Shown piece by piece: positions 50,107-58,909 of a stretch of 64,000 nucleotides of DNA. The notes beneath the pieces are model-generated. The model was not told the DNA's origin, did not search any database, and was given only the letters and a program-made list of their open reading frames with translations. Both the position numbers and the translations under genes were made by a program. The stretch is from an uncultured Chlamydiae bacterium (lineage in GTDB: Bacteria > Chlamydiota > Chlamydiia > Chlamydiales > JAJFMA01), in assembly GCA_963713615.1 (NCBI GenBank), contig CAVQMM010000001.1, positions 288,001 through 352,000 of the forward strand, in the 5' to 3' direction. How positions within the stretch are numbered: position 1 is the stretch's first letter; each line of letters begins with the position of its first letter.

Positions 50107-51066
50107 CTAGCTAGAAGGCTGTTGCTGGTTGATATTCGTGTTTTCAGTGCCTTTAAGGCTATTTTGGTTATTTTCAGTCTGCATGTAAACGTCGTTGGAT
50201 TCTGTGTTAGTATTTTCTCCGGGCTCTGCAGGCGGATAGCCAATCATTTGTTTTGCTTGATCTATCCAATCGCTGACAGTCGTTGTGACGCTGCCAAGGG
50301 CGTTTCCAGCGTTTACCTGAACGCTAGCAAAAAGGCCATCCACATAGCCTGTGTAGCCTGCTTTGCTACAGCCTAGGTAGCTCGCAGCTACGATTGAGGC
50401 TATGACGACATAGGGATGTGCCCTAACCTGTTCGACAGATGCTGTAACCATCCAACGCCAAGGTCTCCAGCCGATATTTAGGGTAACCTCAGAAACGGCG
50501 AAGGCTACCTTACGCACGGCGCCCTGAGCTAGCCTCCAACCTTCAAACAGGGTTGCTGGGCCAATCTTCATCTTCTCGGCTAGGAAGGTAACTCCGGCAG
50601 TGATCATGAGTTTATCCGAAATTTCGAGAGCCTTCTCAGGATCGTAAGAAGCCACTATAGGAGCGATAGCGATCAGTCCAACGGAACCAATAGCCTTAGC
50701 AAGGTGTTGCAACGCTTCGCCGAACTCTATGGAGAGACGGCCTTCTGGGCTTGGTGAGCGAATGGCCCATACAGCAACATTAGGGATGATGGAGATCGTT
50801 TTTACAACGGCATTAGTAGCATGCAGTAGGGAGTCAAGAGCAGCTGAGGCTGCAGCCATAATGGGGATTGCTACGCGAGCTAGTATTTGTTCTTGGTGCG
50901 TTCCATGGCTCCATTTAATTCCCAGCACCAAAGTTTGCTGAAGGACGCTACGGTCGACTGGCATCATATCGCCGTCTTTTCCGTGACTATTCACTTCGGC
51001 GAGTGCTCCGTCTAGCCTAAGATTGGCCTCAATCCTTGCCGGATATGGGTTGACTAGATTTTCCAT
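50107..51066 (-). CDS. Candidate Inc/effector family member 6
   Basis: 319 aa; SAALDSLLHATNAVVKT...LQHLAKA...AP...YDPEKAL core; TM plus N/Q-rich tail. Confidence 0.85.
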   Translation of the reverse strand: MENLVNPYPARIEANLRLDGALAEVNSHGKDGDMMPVDRSVLQQTLVLGIKWSHGTHQEQILARVAIPIMAAASAALDSLLHATNAVVKTISIIPNVAVWAIRSPSPEGRLSIEFGEALQHLAKAIGSVGLIAIAPIVASYDPEKALEISDKLMITAGVTFLAEKMKIGPATLFEGWRLAQGAVRKVAFAVSEVTLNIGWRPWRWMVTASVEQVRAHPYVVIASIVAASYLGCSKAGYTGYVDGLFASVQVNAGNALGSVTTTVSDWIDQAKQMIGYPPAEPGENTNTESNDVYMQTENNQNSLKGTENTNINQQQPSS

Positions 51067-51316
51067 TTAAGATCTCTCCTCCTAAATAACTATTTTCAAA
51101 GCCCTCCTCATTGTTTATAAGGTCATTTTACTGACATTTCAGCTGAGGTCGGGCACGAATCTTAACAGATCACGACATTATCGTCATCAATGGCTTATGG
51201 ATAAAAAAAAGATTGATATTGATTGAATTGCATTGGACGTAGAAGGCTTCTATTGTTTTCGCTATATACCACGCAGGGTCCAAATTCCAAATTTGTGCCC
51301 GATTGTGGTATAAGTT

Positions 51317-51544
51317 CAATCGTCGCTCGGCGCGCAGCGCTTTGGAGTGCGGTCGCTCGCGACCGCTTTTCGTTTCGTGCGATGGCTGTGTGAAACGGCA
51401 GTGTAGGGATTCGGTTAGGTGGCACATACAAACTATTTTACCCTTAATGAATGCGAGTGATACCGTTTCACACAGCCGTCACAAGGAACCCAAAGCGGTC
51501 GCAAGCGACCGCACTCCAAAGCGCTGCGCGCCGAGCGACGATTG
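51317..51544. repeat. Family I REP-like palindrome, stand-alone
   Basis: CAATCGTCGCTCGGCGCGCAGCGCTTTGGAGTGCGGTCGC ... complementary right arm. Confidence 0.92.
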
Positions 51545-51593
51545 TGAGTCAAGAAAACGATATGTATAGCCCCACAAGGGAGAGGAAGATCGG

Positions 51594-52325
51594 ATGAAAA
51601 TAGCATTGATTGGTTACGGAAAAATGGGACGTATGATTGAGGAAGCTGCTTTACGCCGTGGGCATGAGGTTATTGCAAGGATCAACCGCACCTCTGACCT
51701 TGAGGCTCGAGGGGTCGCTGATGCCGATGTATGCATTGACTTTACGCATCCTAAATCTGTTTTAGGCAATATACGCACTCTGGTGGCATTGGGAAAGAGT
51801 ATGGTGATAGGGACTACCGGCTGGGAGGAGCACCTAGACGAAGTCAAGAGTCTTGTGAGTGCCTCTGAGATCGGAGCGATATATGGCTCAAATTTTTCAG
51901 TTGGTGTGCATATGTTTTTTCGGTTGGCGCGTTTTGCAGCGCAGATAGTTCAGCAGTTCGAGGATTACGATGTTGGAGTTATAGAACAGCATCATCGACA
52001 GAAGGTTGACAGCCCATCGGGGACAGCTCGCAGCCTCGGAAATATATTGTTAGAAGCAATGCCGAGGAAGCAATGTTTAGTGTTTGACCACTTGGAAGGA
52101 GCGCCCAAAAACGAGGAGTTGCACGTTACAAGTTTACGCTGTGGGAGTATTCCTGGAACCCATGAAGTGGTGTTTGACTCTAGTGCTGATACGATAAGCC
52201 TATGCCATACAGCGCGCAATCGCGAAGGCTTTGCCCTTGGCGCTGTGTTAGCTGCGGAATGGATACTAGGCCGCAAGGGATTGTATTCCGTCGATGATAT
52301 GATGCAGGACCTGATGGGTGGTTAA
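51594..52325 (+). CDS. dapB: 4-hydroxy-tetrahydrodipicolinate reductase
   Basis: IGYGKMG, IDFT.P, GTTGW, EQHHRQKVDSPSGTA, GFALGA. Confidence 0.96.
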   Translation: MKIALIGYGKMGRMIEEAALRRGHEVIARINRTSDLEARGVADADVCIDFTHPKSVLGNIRTLVALGKSMVIGTTGWEEHLDEVKSLVSASEIGAIYGSNFSVGVHMFFRLARFAAQIVQQFEDYDVGVIEQHHRQKVDSPSGTARSLGNILLEAMPRKQCLVFDHLEGAPKNEELHVTSLRCGSIPGTHEVVFDSSADTISLCHTARNREGFALGAVLAAEWILGRKGLYSVDDMMQDLMGG

Positions 52326-53392
52326 TAGATGAGGCCGCGGTCGCTTTCATGGACAATAACCCCCCAGGTTCTCCCTAGGTAGTCTTGCTGATCAGTTGAC
52401 AACGGACTAAGCACTAAAAAGCAGTCGTCATTGCGTGCAAAAGCTGAACGCGTCCAATTAGCCGAGCCCATCACCAAGATAGCATCGTCGATGATAGCCA
52501 TCTTATAATGCAATAGCCCTTCGCCTTTGCTTAAGTAGGTGAGAATGCCTGCTTGACGTAGCTTGTGAACGACTTCCGCGCCAGTGCCGGTCCCTTGATT
52601 GTTATCGATGACAGCAGTGACATGTACACCGCGATGATGAGCCCGAATGATTGCTTCGGTAAGTTTGGGATGAGTCCATGTAAACATGGCCACCTTTAGC
52701 GACATCTTAGCGCTATCGATGAGCTCCAGGAGCTTTGGAAGGGCAGGTCCCATGTCGGGAAGAAACCATAGATCGCCGTCTTGACCCTCTTGGGCAAATC
52801 GGATGGGTTTCGGAGCCGCCACTGTCACAGCGCCGATTTGTGGCATGGCTCGTAGGTAGCTGTCAATCCTTGTTGCGAGAGATGGGTTGTCCATGGCTAC
52901 GATCATATTGCCATGTGTGCGTAGAGAAGCAAAACTCATATTGGCCGATCCTATCCACACTTGCTTGCTGTCGATGACCAGAATTTTGAGATGCATTAGT
53001 CCGGTAGGGGACCGCTTTAGAGTTTTCACTAGCGGGCCCAACAGCTTTTGTGCTTTTGGCGAGGCTTTGGCATCGACGATGACTGTCACTGGGACACCTG
53101 ACTCCGCCTTCGATTTCAATGCTGCGATAATCTTGGCATCGCTCAGATTATAGATGGCCATCAGAATCGAATGATCAGCAGATGCAATAGCCTTTAAGAC
53201 AGTACCTCTGAGGTCATCACCAGCTTGGTTGGAGTAAAGTTCCACTGGCCCATGACCTTGCGGCAGGCGTACAGGAGCCATCGCTTCCGAGGCTAGGACG
53301 ACCAGAGTAATCAGTAGACCAATGACTGTTGCTAAGAGGCTTTTGGCGTTCATACGTCGACGACTGGGGAAAGAGGAGGATGAGCGCTTCAT
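52322..53392 (-). CDS. Phospholipase D family protein
   Basis: Two HKD motifs: MHLKILVID..GSAN and LHYKMAIID..GSAN; N-terminal TM; start may be 53353. Confidence 0.92.
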   Translation of the reverse strand: MKRSSSSFPSRRRMNAKSLLATVIGLLITLVVLASEAMAPVRLPQGHGPVELYSNQAGDDLRGTVLKAIASADHSILMAIYNLSDAKIIAALKSKAESGVPVTVIVDAKASPKAQKLLGPLVKTLKRSPTGLMHLKILVIDSKQVWIGSANMSFASLRTHGNMIVAMDNPSLATRIDSYLRAMPQIGAVTVAAPKPIRFAQEGQDGDLWFLPDMGPALPKLLELIDSAKMSLKVAMFTWTHPKLTEAIIRAHHRGVHVTAVIDNNQGTGTGAEVVHKLRQAGILTYLSKGEGLLHYKMAIIDDAILVMGSANWTRSAFARNDDCFLVLSPLSTDQQDYLGRTWGVIVHESDRGLIY

Positions 53393-55560
53393 TTAGGTTT
53401 TCCTTGCTGTTGTAGAAGAAATCGAAGGGCGGTGTAGCGACGACGCACCTCGTCATTATGAACAGCAATTGCGAGGGCCTTTTTTGTGCCGACGAGGACG
53501 ACGAGTTTCTTACCTCGCGTGACACCGGTGTAAAGAAGATTTCGGTAGAGCAGTTTAAAGTGCGTTGTATGGATGGGAATGATAATGCATGGGCATTCGC
53601 TTCCTTGATATTTATGAATGGACACGGCGTAGGCGAGTACGAGATCATCGAGTTCCGTGAAGTCATAGACAACTGCCCGTTCGTCAAAGATGACGATGAC
53701 TTCCTGTTCAACCATGTCGATCTTTTTGATTCTACCGACATCACCGTTGAAGACCTCTTTCTGGTAGTCATTGCGAATTTGCATGACCTTATCGCCCGGT
53801 AGAAAACGGCGTCCCGAGCGAAGCAGGGGGGTTCCGGATGTGACAATCTTCTCTTGAAGTACCTGGTTAAGGTTTTCGATGCCTATAATGCCGCGTCGCA
53901 TAGGTGCTAGGACCTGAATATCGTTAAGTTGGTCAAAACCATATTTCGCTGGAAGCCTTTGGGTAACCAAATTGACAATGGTGGCAAGGACCTCTTCGGG
54001 CTGTTCTTTTTCGATGAAGAAGAAGTCGCCAGCAGGAGGATTATCGATATTGGGGAAAATGCCAGCATTGATGGCGTGAGCATTAGTAATGATTCCCGAG
54101 CCAGCGGCCTGTCGATAGATATCTGTCAGGCCAGTGACGGGAACCTTCTGGCTGGCGATGAGATCTTTGAGGACATTGCCAGGGCCGACGCTGGGGAGTT
54201 GGTTGATATCCCCCACCAGCACAAGACGTGCATGCGCTGGGATAGCCTTCAGTAGGCTATTCATCAGCAGGGTATCGATCATACTGGCTTCGTCTATGAT
54301 GATGAGATCACACTCTAGAGGGTTCTCCCGGCCGCGCTTAAAGGCGCCGACGCGAAAATCGAACTCCAATAGACTATGAATCGTCTGTGCTTTACGACCG
54401 GTGATTTCTGTCATGCGTTTGGCAGCACGACCCGTCGGGGCTGCTAGGACGATTTGAGAAGTTAATTTGTCGGTGATGGAGAGGATGGCTTTGGTGATAG
54501 TGCTCTTGCCGGTGCCGGGGCCTCCAGTAATGATGTGAACCTTATCCTGGAGTGTTTTGGCTATGGCATCGGCTTGCCTGGGAGCCAAGCTGATGTTTAG
54601 GATACCTTGCACCCAAGCAATCGCTTTAGCGGTGTCGATAGAGCGCAGGCGGCAGGTTCCATTGCGGATGCGCTGAAGCTCTTTGGCGATACCTTGTTCG
54701 GCTAGGAATAGTGGCGTGCGCCAGACGAATGGCTGCGCAGCCTCACCAAATCCTATTGGAGCCAGGACAACGCGATTTTCTTTACCAAGGGTTTCTAACT
54801 GCTGCTGGACTAGGGGTTCATCGACCTCTAACACCTTGACGGCTTCAGGGAGAAAACCTTCGACGGGATAGCATACATGCCCTTCATCAGATAGTCCTGA
54901 TAGGACAAATTCAATGCCTGCGCTAATGCGTGATGGAGAATCTGGAGCGTGACCCATGCGTTGGGCGATGCCATCGGCGGTTTTGAAACCGATACCAATG
55001 ATATCGCGGGCGAGGTGGTAAGGGTTTTCGCTGATGCGTTCGACACTTTTCGCGCCATAGGATTTGAAGATTTTCTGGGCGAATGAAGGACTGACGCCAT
55101 ATTTCTGAAGAAAGATCATGACATCGCGGATAGTCTTTTGGGCCTGCCAGCAGGCAGTGATTTTGGAAAGACGTCCCTTACCGATTCCTGGAACATCTAG
55201 CAGACGCTCGGGGGTGAGATCGATGATGTCCAGGGTAGTGACGCCAAAGAGCTCGACAATGCGAGCGGCATAGACTGGGCCAATGCCTTTGATGAGTCCG
55301 GAGCCTAGATACTTTGAGATACCGACGACATCGGCGGGCATTTCGGTCTGGCATTCATTAACTTCGAACTGACGTCCGTGAATGAGGTGACTTTTCCATT
55401 CCCCTCGGCAGCGGACAGTTTCCCCCGGTTGTACAAGAGGCATGGACCCAACAATACAAACAAGGTACTGCTTACCAGGAGGGCGCAGCTGAGCGACAGT
55501 GTAGCCTGTTTCAGGATTTTGAAAGGTGATTCTCTCGATGTAACCGTGAAGATATTCCAT
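53389..55560 (-). CDS. recD2: RecD-like helicase RecD2
   Basis: HhH N-terminus, TGGPGTGKST, DEASM, GD..QLPSVGPG, HKYQGSE, LLYTGVTR. Confidence 0.96.
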   Translation of the reverse strand: MEYLHGYIERITFQNPETGYTVAQLRPPGKQYLVCIVGSMPLVQPGETVRCRGEWKSHLIHGRQFEVNECQTEMPADVVGISKYLGSGLIKGIGPVYAARIVELFGVTTLDIIDLTPERLLDVPGIGKGRLSKITACWQAQKTIRDVMIFLQKYGVSPSFAQKIFKSYGAKSVERISENPYHLARDIIGIGFKTADGIAQRMGHAPDSPSRISAGIEFVLSGLSDEGHVCYPVEGFLPEAVKVLEVDEPLVQQQLETLGKENRVVLAPIGFGEAAQPFVWRTPLFLAEQGIAKELQRIRNGTCRLRSIDTAKAIAWVQGILNISLAPRQADAIAKTLQDKVHIITGGPGTGKSTITKAILSITDKLTSQIVLAAPTGRAAKRMTEITGRKAQTIHSLLEFDFRVGAFKRGRENPLECDLIIIDEASMIDTLLMNSLLKAIPAHARLVLVGDINQLPSVGPGNVLKDLIASQKVPVTGLTDIYRQAAGSGIITNAHAINAGIFPNIDNPPAGDFFFIEKEQPEEVLATIVNLVTQRLPAKYGFDQLNDIQVLAPMRRGIIGIENLNQVLQEKIVTSGTPLLRSGRRFLPGDKVMQIRNDYQKEVFNGDVGRIKKIDMVEQEVIVIFDERAVVYDFTELDDLVLAYAVSIHKYQGSECPCIIIPIHTTHFKLLYRNLLYTGVTRGKKLVVLVGTKKALAIAVHNDEVRRRYTALRFLLQQQGKPK

Positions 55561-55643
55561 GCCGGATAGCATAGCTCAATGAGAAACGAAAGTTTAGAAA
55601 AAAATGGCGGGCGTGGTAGAAGAAAATCTCAGGAGAACGACCT

Positions 55644-56018
55644 ATGAAATTAGTGACGTCTATTTTTTTGACCCTTTTAGCGGTATTTCCGCTTTCTATG
55701 GAAGGGGCTCGCCGACCGGACGAACCTACCTACGTTTTAAAACGTTTGCATGCCGGCCCCGATGCTCCCGTGGAGAGTGCCGATCCGGATGAGGGATATG
55801 TTTATGTAGAGGATCCAACTGGACGCTCTTGCCCTGATGGCGAGGATTGCTGCGGTCATTGGACTCGGGTACGTCGCAATCGATGTCGCGATAGTTGGCG
55901 CTGCTATGACCAGCGTACTCCATTGTATGACTATGACATTGAGGGAGATTCGTATGATTCTACCTTCGATTGGCCTGGTCGTAAGACAGACTCGTGGATG
56001 TATGAGGTAAGTCATTGA
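55644..56018 (+). CDS. Small secreted Cys-containing protein
   Basis: Signal peptide, AGGAG RBS, five Cys, acidic/aromatic tail. Confidence 0.75.
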   Translation: MKLVTSIFLTLLAVFPLSMEGARRPDEPTYVLKRLHAGPDAPVESADPDEGYVYVEDPTGRSCPDGEDCCGHWTRVRRNRCRDSWRCYDQRTPLYDYDIEGDSYDSTFDWPGRKTDSWMYEVSH

Positions 56019-56060
56019 GGGCGAGGAGAGAAGGGCGGAGAGAAGGCGGAGATAGGAAGA

Positions 56061-56280
56061 GGAATTAGGAATTTTTACCACAGAGAGCGCCGAGACGCCG
56101 AGATAGGACAGAGAAGATAGGAAAAAGAGAGAGGAAAAATTGAATAATTTTTTATTTTAATAAATAGTAATTGGCAAAAAATATTTAATAAAAAGAAGTA
56201 TTCAAATTTTCCTTTCTTTCTCTCCTCTCTCTCCTATCTCGGCGTCTTGGCGCTCTCTGCTGGTAAAAATTCCTAATTCC
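56061..56280. repeat. Family B palindromic element with AT-rich centre
   Basis: GGAATTAGGAATTTTTACCA.AGAGAGCGCCGAGACGCCGAGATAGG / complementary arm. Confidence 0.9.
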
Positions 56281-56331
56281 CTTCCTCTCCTCCCTCTTTC
56301 TCTCTAACTCGGTTTGGCGTATAATGTCGCC

Positions 56332-58104
56332 ATGCCATTATACACTGCTGAAAGTTTAGAAACTTTGCGCCGTCGCGTCGACCTTGTCGAAGTGGTATCT
56401 CCGCATGTCGATATGAAGCGCGCCGGCGCAGCCTTCAAGGCGTGCTGTCCATTCCACGATGAGAAGACACCATCGTTTACTATCCAGAAGGGTGATAGCC
56501 ATTATCATTGTTTCGGGTGTGGGGCGCATGGGGATGCGATCCAGTTTTTAATGGATCATGCCCGTATGAATTTCCAGGAAGCTATCGAGAATCTTGCTCA
56601 GCGCTTTGGTGTTATTTTAGAAATTGTTGAGGGTGAAAAGGAGCAACGTGGTCCGCGCAAGGCTGAGATTAAACGGGCTTTGCTAGAGGCTAACCGTCTC
56701 TTTCATTTTTTACTGCTACATACCGAAGAGGGAGGCGCAGCCTTACGTTATCTGTATGATCGCGGCCTGACCCTAGAGTTTATCGAACGCTTCTACCTGG
56801 GATTAGCCCCACGACAGGGGGGGGTGGTCCGTCCCGCGCTGCATGCTAAAGGTTTCACGGATGAGGTGCTTTACGCTGCGGGTTTATTGAGAGAGCGAGA
56901 AGATGGATCGAGTAGAGAATTCTTCTACGATCGCATTACGTTTCCTATTTGTGATGGGACTGGAGCGGTGATCGGCTTCTCAGCGCGTAAGTATCGCGAA
57001 GAAACGTTCGGCGGCAAGTACATTAATAGCTCCGAGACGACACTCTTTAAGAAATCTCGAGTGATTTATGGATTGCATGAATGCCGTCGACGTATTGCCA
57101 AGGAAGCACAGGCGATCATTGTCGAAGGGCAGATCGATGCGTTGTCATTGATTTTTAATGGTTTAAACATTGCTGTGGCAGCACTGGGGACGGCATTTGG
57201 CGAGGGCCATGTCAACGAGCTTGTTGACCTAGGTGTTAAGAGGGTGTTCCTGGCTCTTGATGCCGATAAAGCTGGTATTGAAGCAGCGCGAAAGGTGGGG
57301 GACCTCTTTCAGAAGCGCGGCATTGAAGTGAAGGTTATCAGACTTCCTATTGGCAGTGATCCCGATGCGTTAATACGTTCTGATGGTATGGAGGGCTTTA
57401 TCCGTTTGCTAGAAAACGCGCAGGAATACCTTGCTTTTTTGATCGAAGTAGGCAGTCTCACCTATGATCTTAACTCACCAGCAGGCAAGTCACAGCTTCT
57501 ACAAGAGGTGGTGGAGCGCATCCGTCAGTGGAATAACCCCGTCATGGTGCATGAGAGCTTGCGGCGGTTGGCACACCTGATGCGGGTGCCTGAGGAGATG
57601 GTTAACGCTTCTCAGATGTCTGGAGGACATTATCTGATCAGGAAGTCGGCTAGTGCAGGGCTTTTGGACATTGATCCAGACCGCATTCTAGAGACCGATC
57701 TTTTGCGTTGGCTCATCGTTTGGGAAAAAGGTCCTGCAATGCTATCTATGGTACAGAAAAATCTGTCGGCCGAAGATTTTCGCGTGGACATTTGCCGCAG
57801 AGTGTTTCAGGCAATTGAGGCTTTGGCAGCGGCGGGGGAGCGATGGAATTTGTGGAATCTGGCAGCACAGGCTCCGGAAGGCCAGGGGCTCTTGGACGAA
57901 ATTATGCAACGCAAGCTGGATAAAGATAGGGGTGATCAACTGGTCTTAGCGGCAATACAGAAGGTGCTAGATCGCAATTGGATGTTGCAAACCGAAGAGA
58001 TCGGGGCAAAGATCCGCAGTGGCGTTTGTAGTGATGACGAGGTATTGCTCCTACTTAAGGAGTTTGATACATTGAAGAGAAATCCACCCAAGGTGCAGAG
58101 CTAA
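56332..58104 (+). CDS. dnaG: DNA primase
   Basis: CPFHDEKTPSF..CFGC zinc finger, KYINS, VEGQID, D.D.AG, DPD. Confidence 0.98.
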   Translation: MPLYTAESLETLRRRVDLVEVVSPHVDMKRAGAAFKACCPFHDEKTPSFTIQKGDSHYHCFGCGAHGDAIQFLMDHARMNFQEAIENLAQRFGVILEIVEGEKEQRGPRKAEIKRALLEANRLFHFLLLHTEEGGAALRYLYDRGLTLEFIERFYLGLAPRQGGVVRPALHAKGFTDEVLYAAGLLREREDGSSREFFYDRITFPICDGTGAVIGFSARKYREETFGGKYINSSETTLFKKSRVIYGLHECRRRIAKEAQAIIVEGQIDALSLIFNGLNIAVAALGTAFGEGHVNELVDLGVKRVFLALDADKAGIEAARKVGDLFQKRGIEVKVIRLPIGSDPDALIRSDGMEGFIRLLENAQEYLAFLIEVGSLTYDLNSPAGKSQLLQEVVERIRQWNNPVMVHESLRRLAHLMRVPEEMVNASQMSGGHYLIRKSASAGLLDIDPDRILETDLLRWLIVWEKGPAMLSMVQKNLSAEDFRVDICRRVFQAIEALAAAGERWNLWNLAAQAPEGQGLLDEIMQRKLDKDRGDQLVLAAIQKVLDRNWMLQTEEIGAKIRSGVCSDDEVLLLLKEFDTLKRNPPKVQS

Positions 58105-58106
58105 CC

Positions 58107-58670
58107 ATGGCTTATACCCCCATCGGCCTGAAACTTCGAATTTGGACCGCGCCAAAGCCCCGGGATTCAACGATCGCAAACGGGTCAATATTAGAAATAT
58201 GGACCCGTTTGCGATCGTTGAATCGCGGGAGCTTTCGCGTGGGTCCAAATCGAAGTTTCAGGCCGATGGGGGTATACCAACACCTGATTTTTTACGACGG
58301 ACAATGCGGACTGTGCGACCGTTGCGTACAGATGGTGTTACGTGCCGATAAGAGGCAAATTTTTGCTTTTGCACCCTTACAAGGTCAGACGGCTGAGAAA
58401 ATGCTTCAAGGAATTCCCAGAGACCTCGATAGCGTCATTCTCATCGAAGACTACCTGACTGCGCATCGAAAGATTTATGTGCGCAGCACAGCCGTTTTTC
58501 GCACTTGCTGGTTGCTTGGGGGTGGCTATCGGTTGATCGGCTGGAAGTTCTTTCTGCCTGCATGGCTGTTCGATTGGGGTTACCGCATCGTGGCAAAAAA
58601 CCGGCATCGGTTGGGTGTGTGCCCAGCGGTTCGTCCTGATGCGGGGCACGGCGACCGCTTCTTACCTTAG
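58107..58670 (+). CDS. DCC1-like thiol-disulfide oxidoreductase with an in-frame MITE at the N-terminus
   Basis: FYDGQCGLC, FAPLQG, DWGY..VAKNRH; residues 4-57 are encoded by the family C element. Confidence 0.88.
   Translation: MAYTPIGLKLRIWTAPKPRDSTIANGSILEIWTRLRSLNRGSFRVGPNRSFRPMGVYQHLIFYDGQCGLCDRCVQMVLRADKRQIFAFAPLQGQTAEKMLQGIPRDLDSVILIEDYLTAHRKIYVRSTAVFRTCWLLGGGYRLIGWKFFLPAWLFDWGYRIVAKNRHRLGVCPAVRPDAGHGDRFLP
58113..58276. mobile_element. Family C MITE inside a CDS
   Basis: TATA-CCCCCATCGGCCTGAAACTTCG...CGAAGTTTCAGGCCGATGGGGG-TATA. Confidence 0.92.
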
Positions 58671-58684
58671 CAGTTCGTGGGGCC

Positions 58685-58908
58685 TTTTAGGAGTAACACG
58701 GATGCACACGGATCTAGGAGGATTTAGGAGGATAGGATGGCAGATACGGTTCGTTCTGCTCTTTAGGAGTAACACGGATTGTGTTCATTCCATCTTAAAA
58801 ACCAATTTTATTGTTTTAGATTGACGAGCCGCATCTACCATCCAATCCTCCTAAATCCTCCTAGATCCGTGTGCATCCGTGTTACTCCTAAAAACGAAAC
58901 GGACCGTG
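58685..58908. repeat. Family A element (single unit plus inverted unit)
   Basis: Same arm and same loop (ATTGTGTTCATTCCA.CTTAAAACC) as the 7136 copy. Confidence 0.92.
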
Positions 58909-58909
58909 G

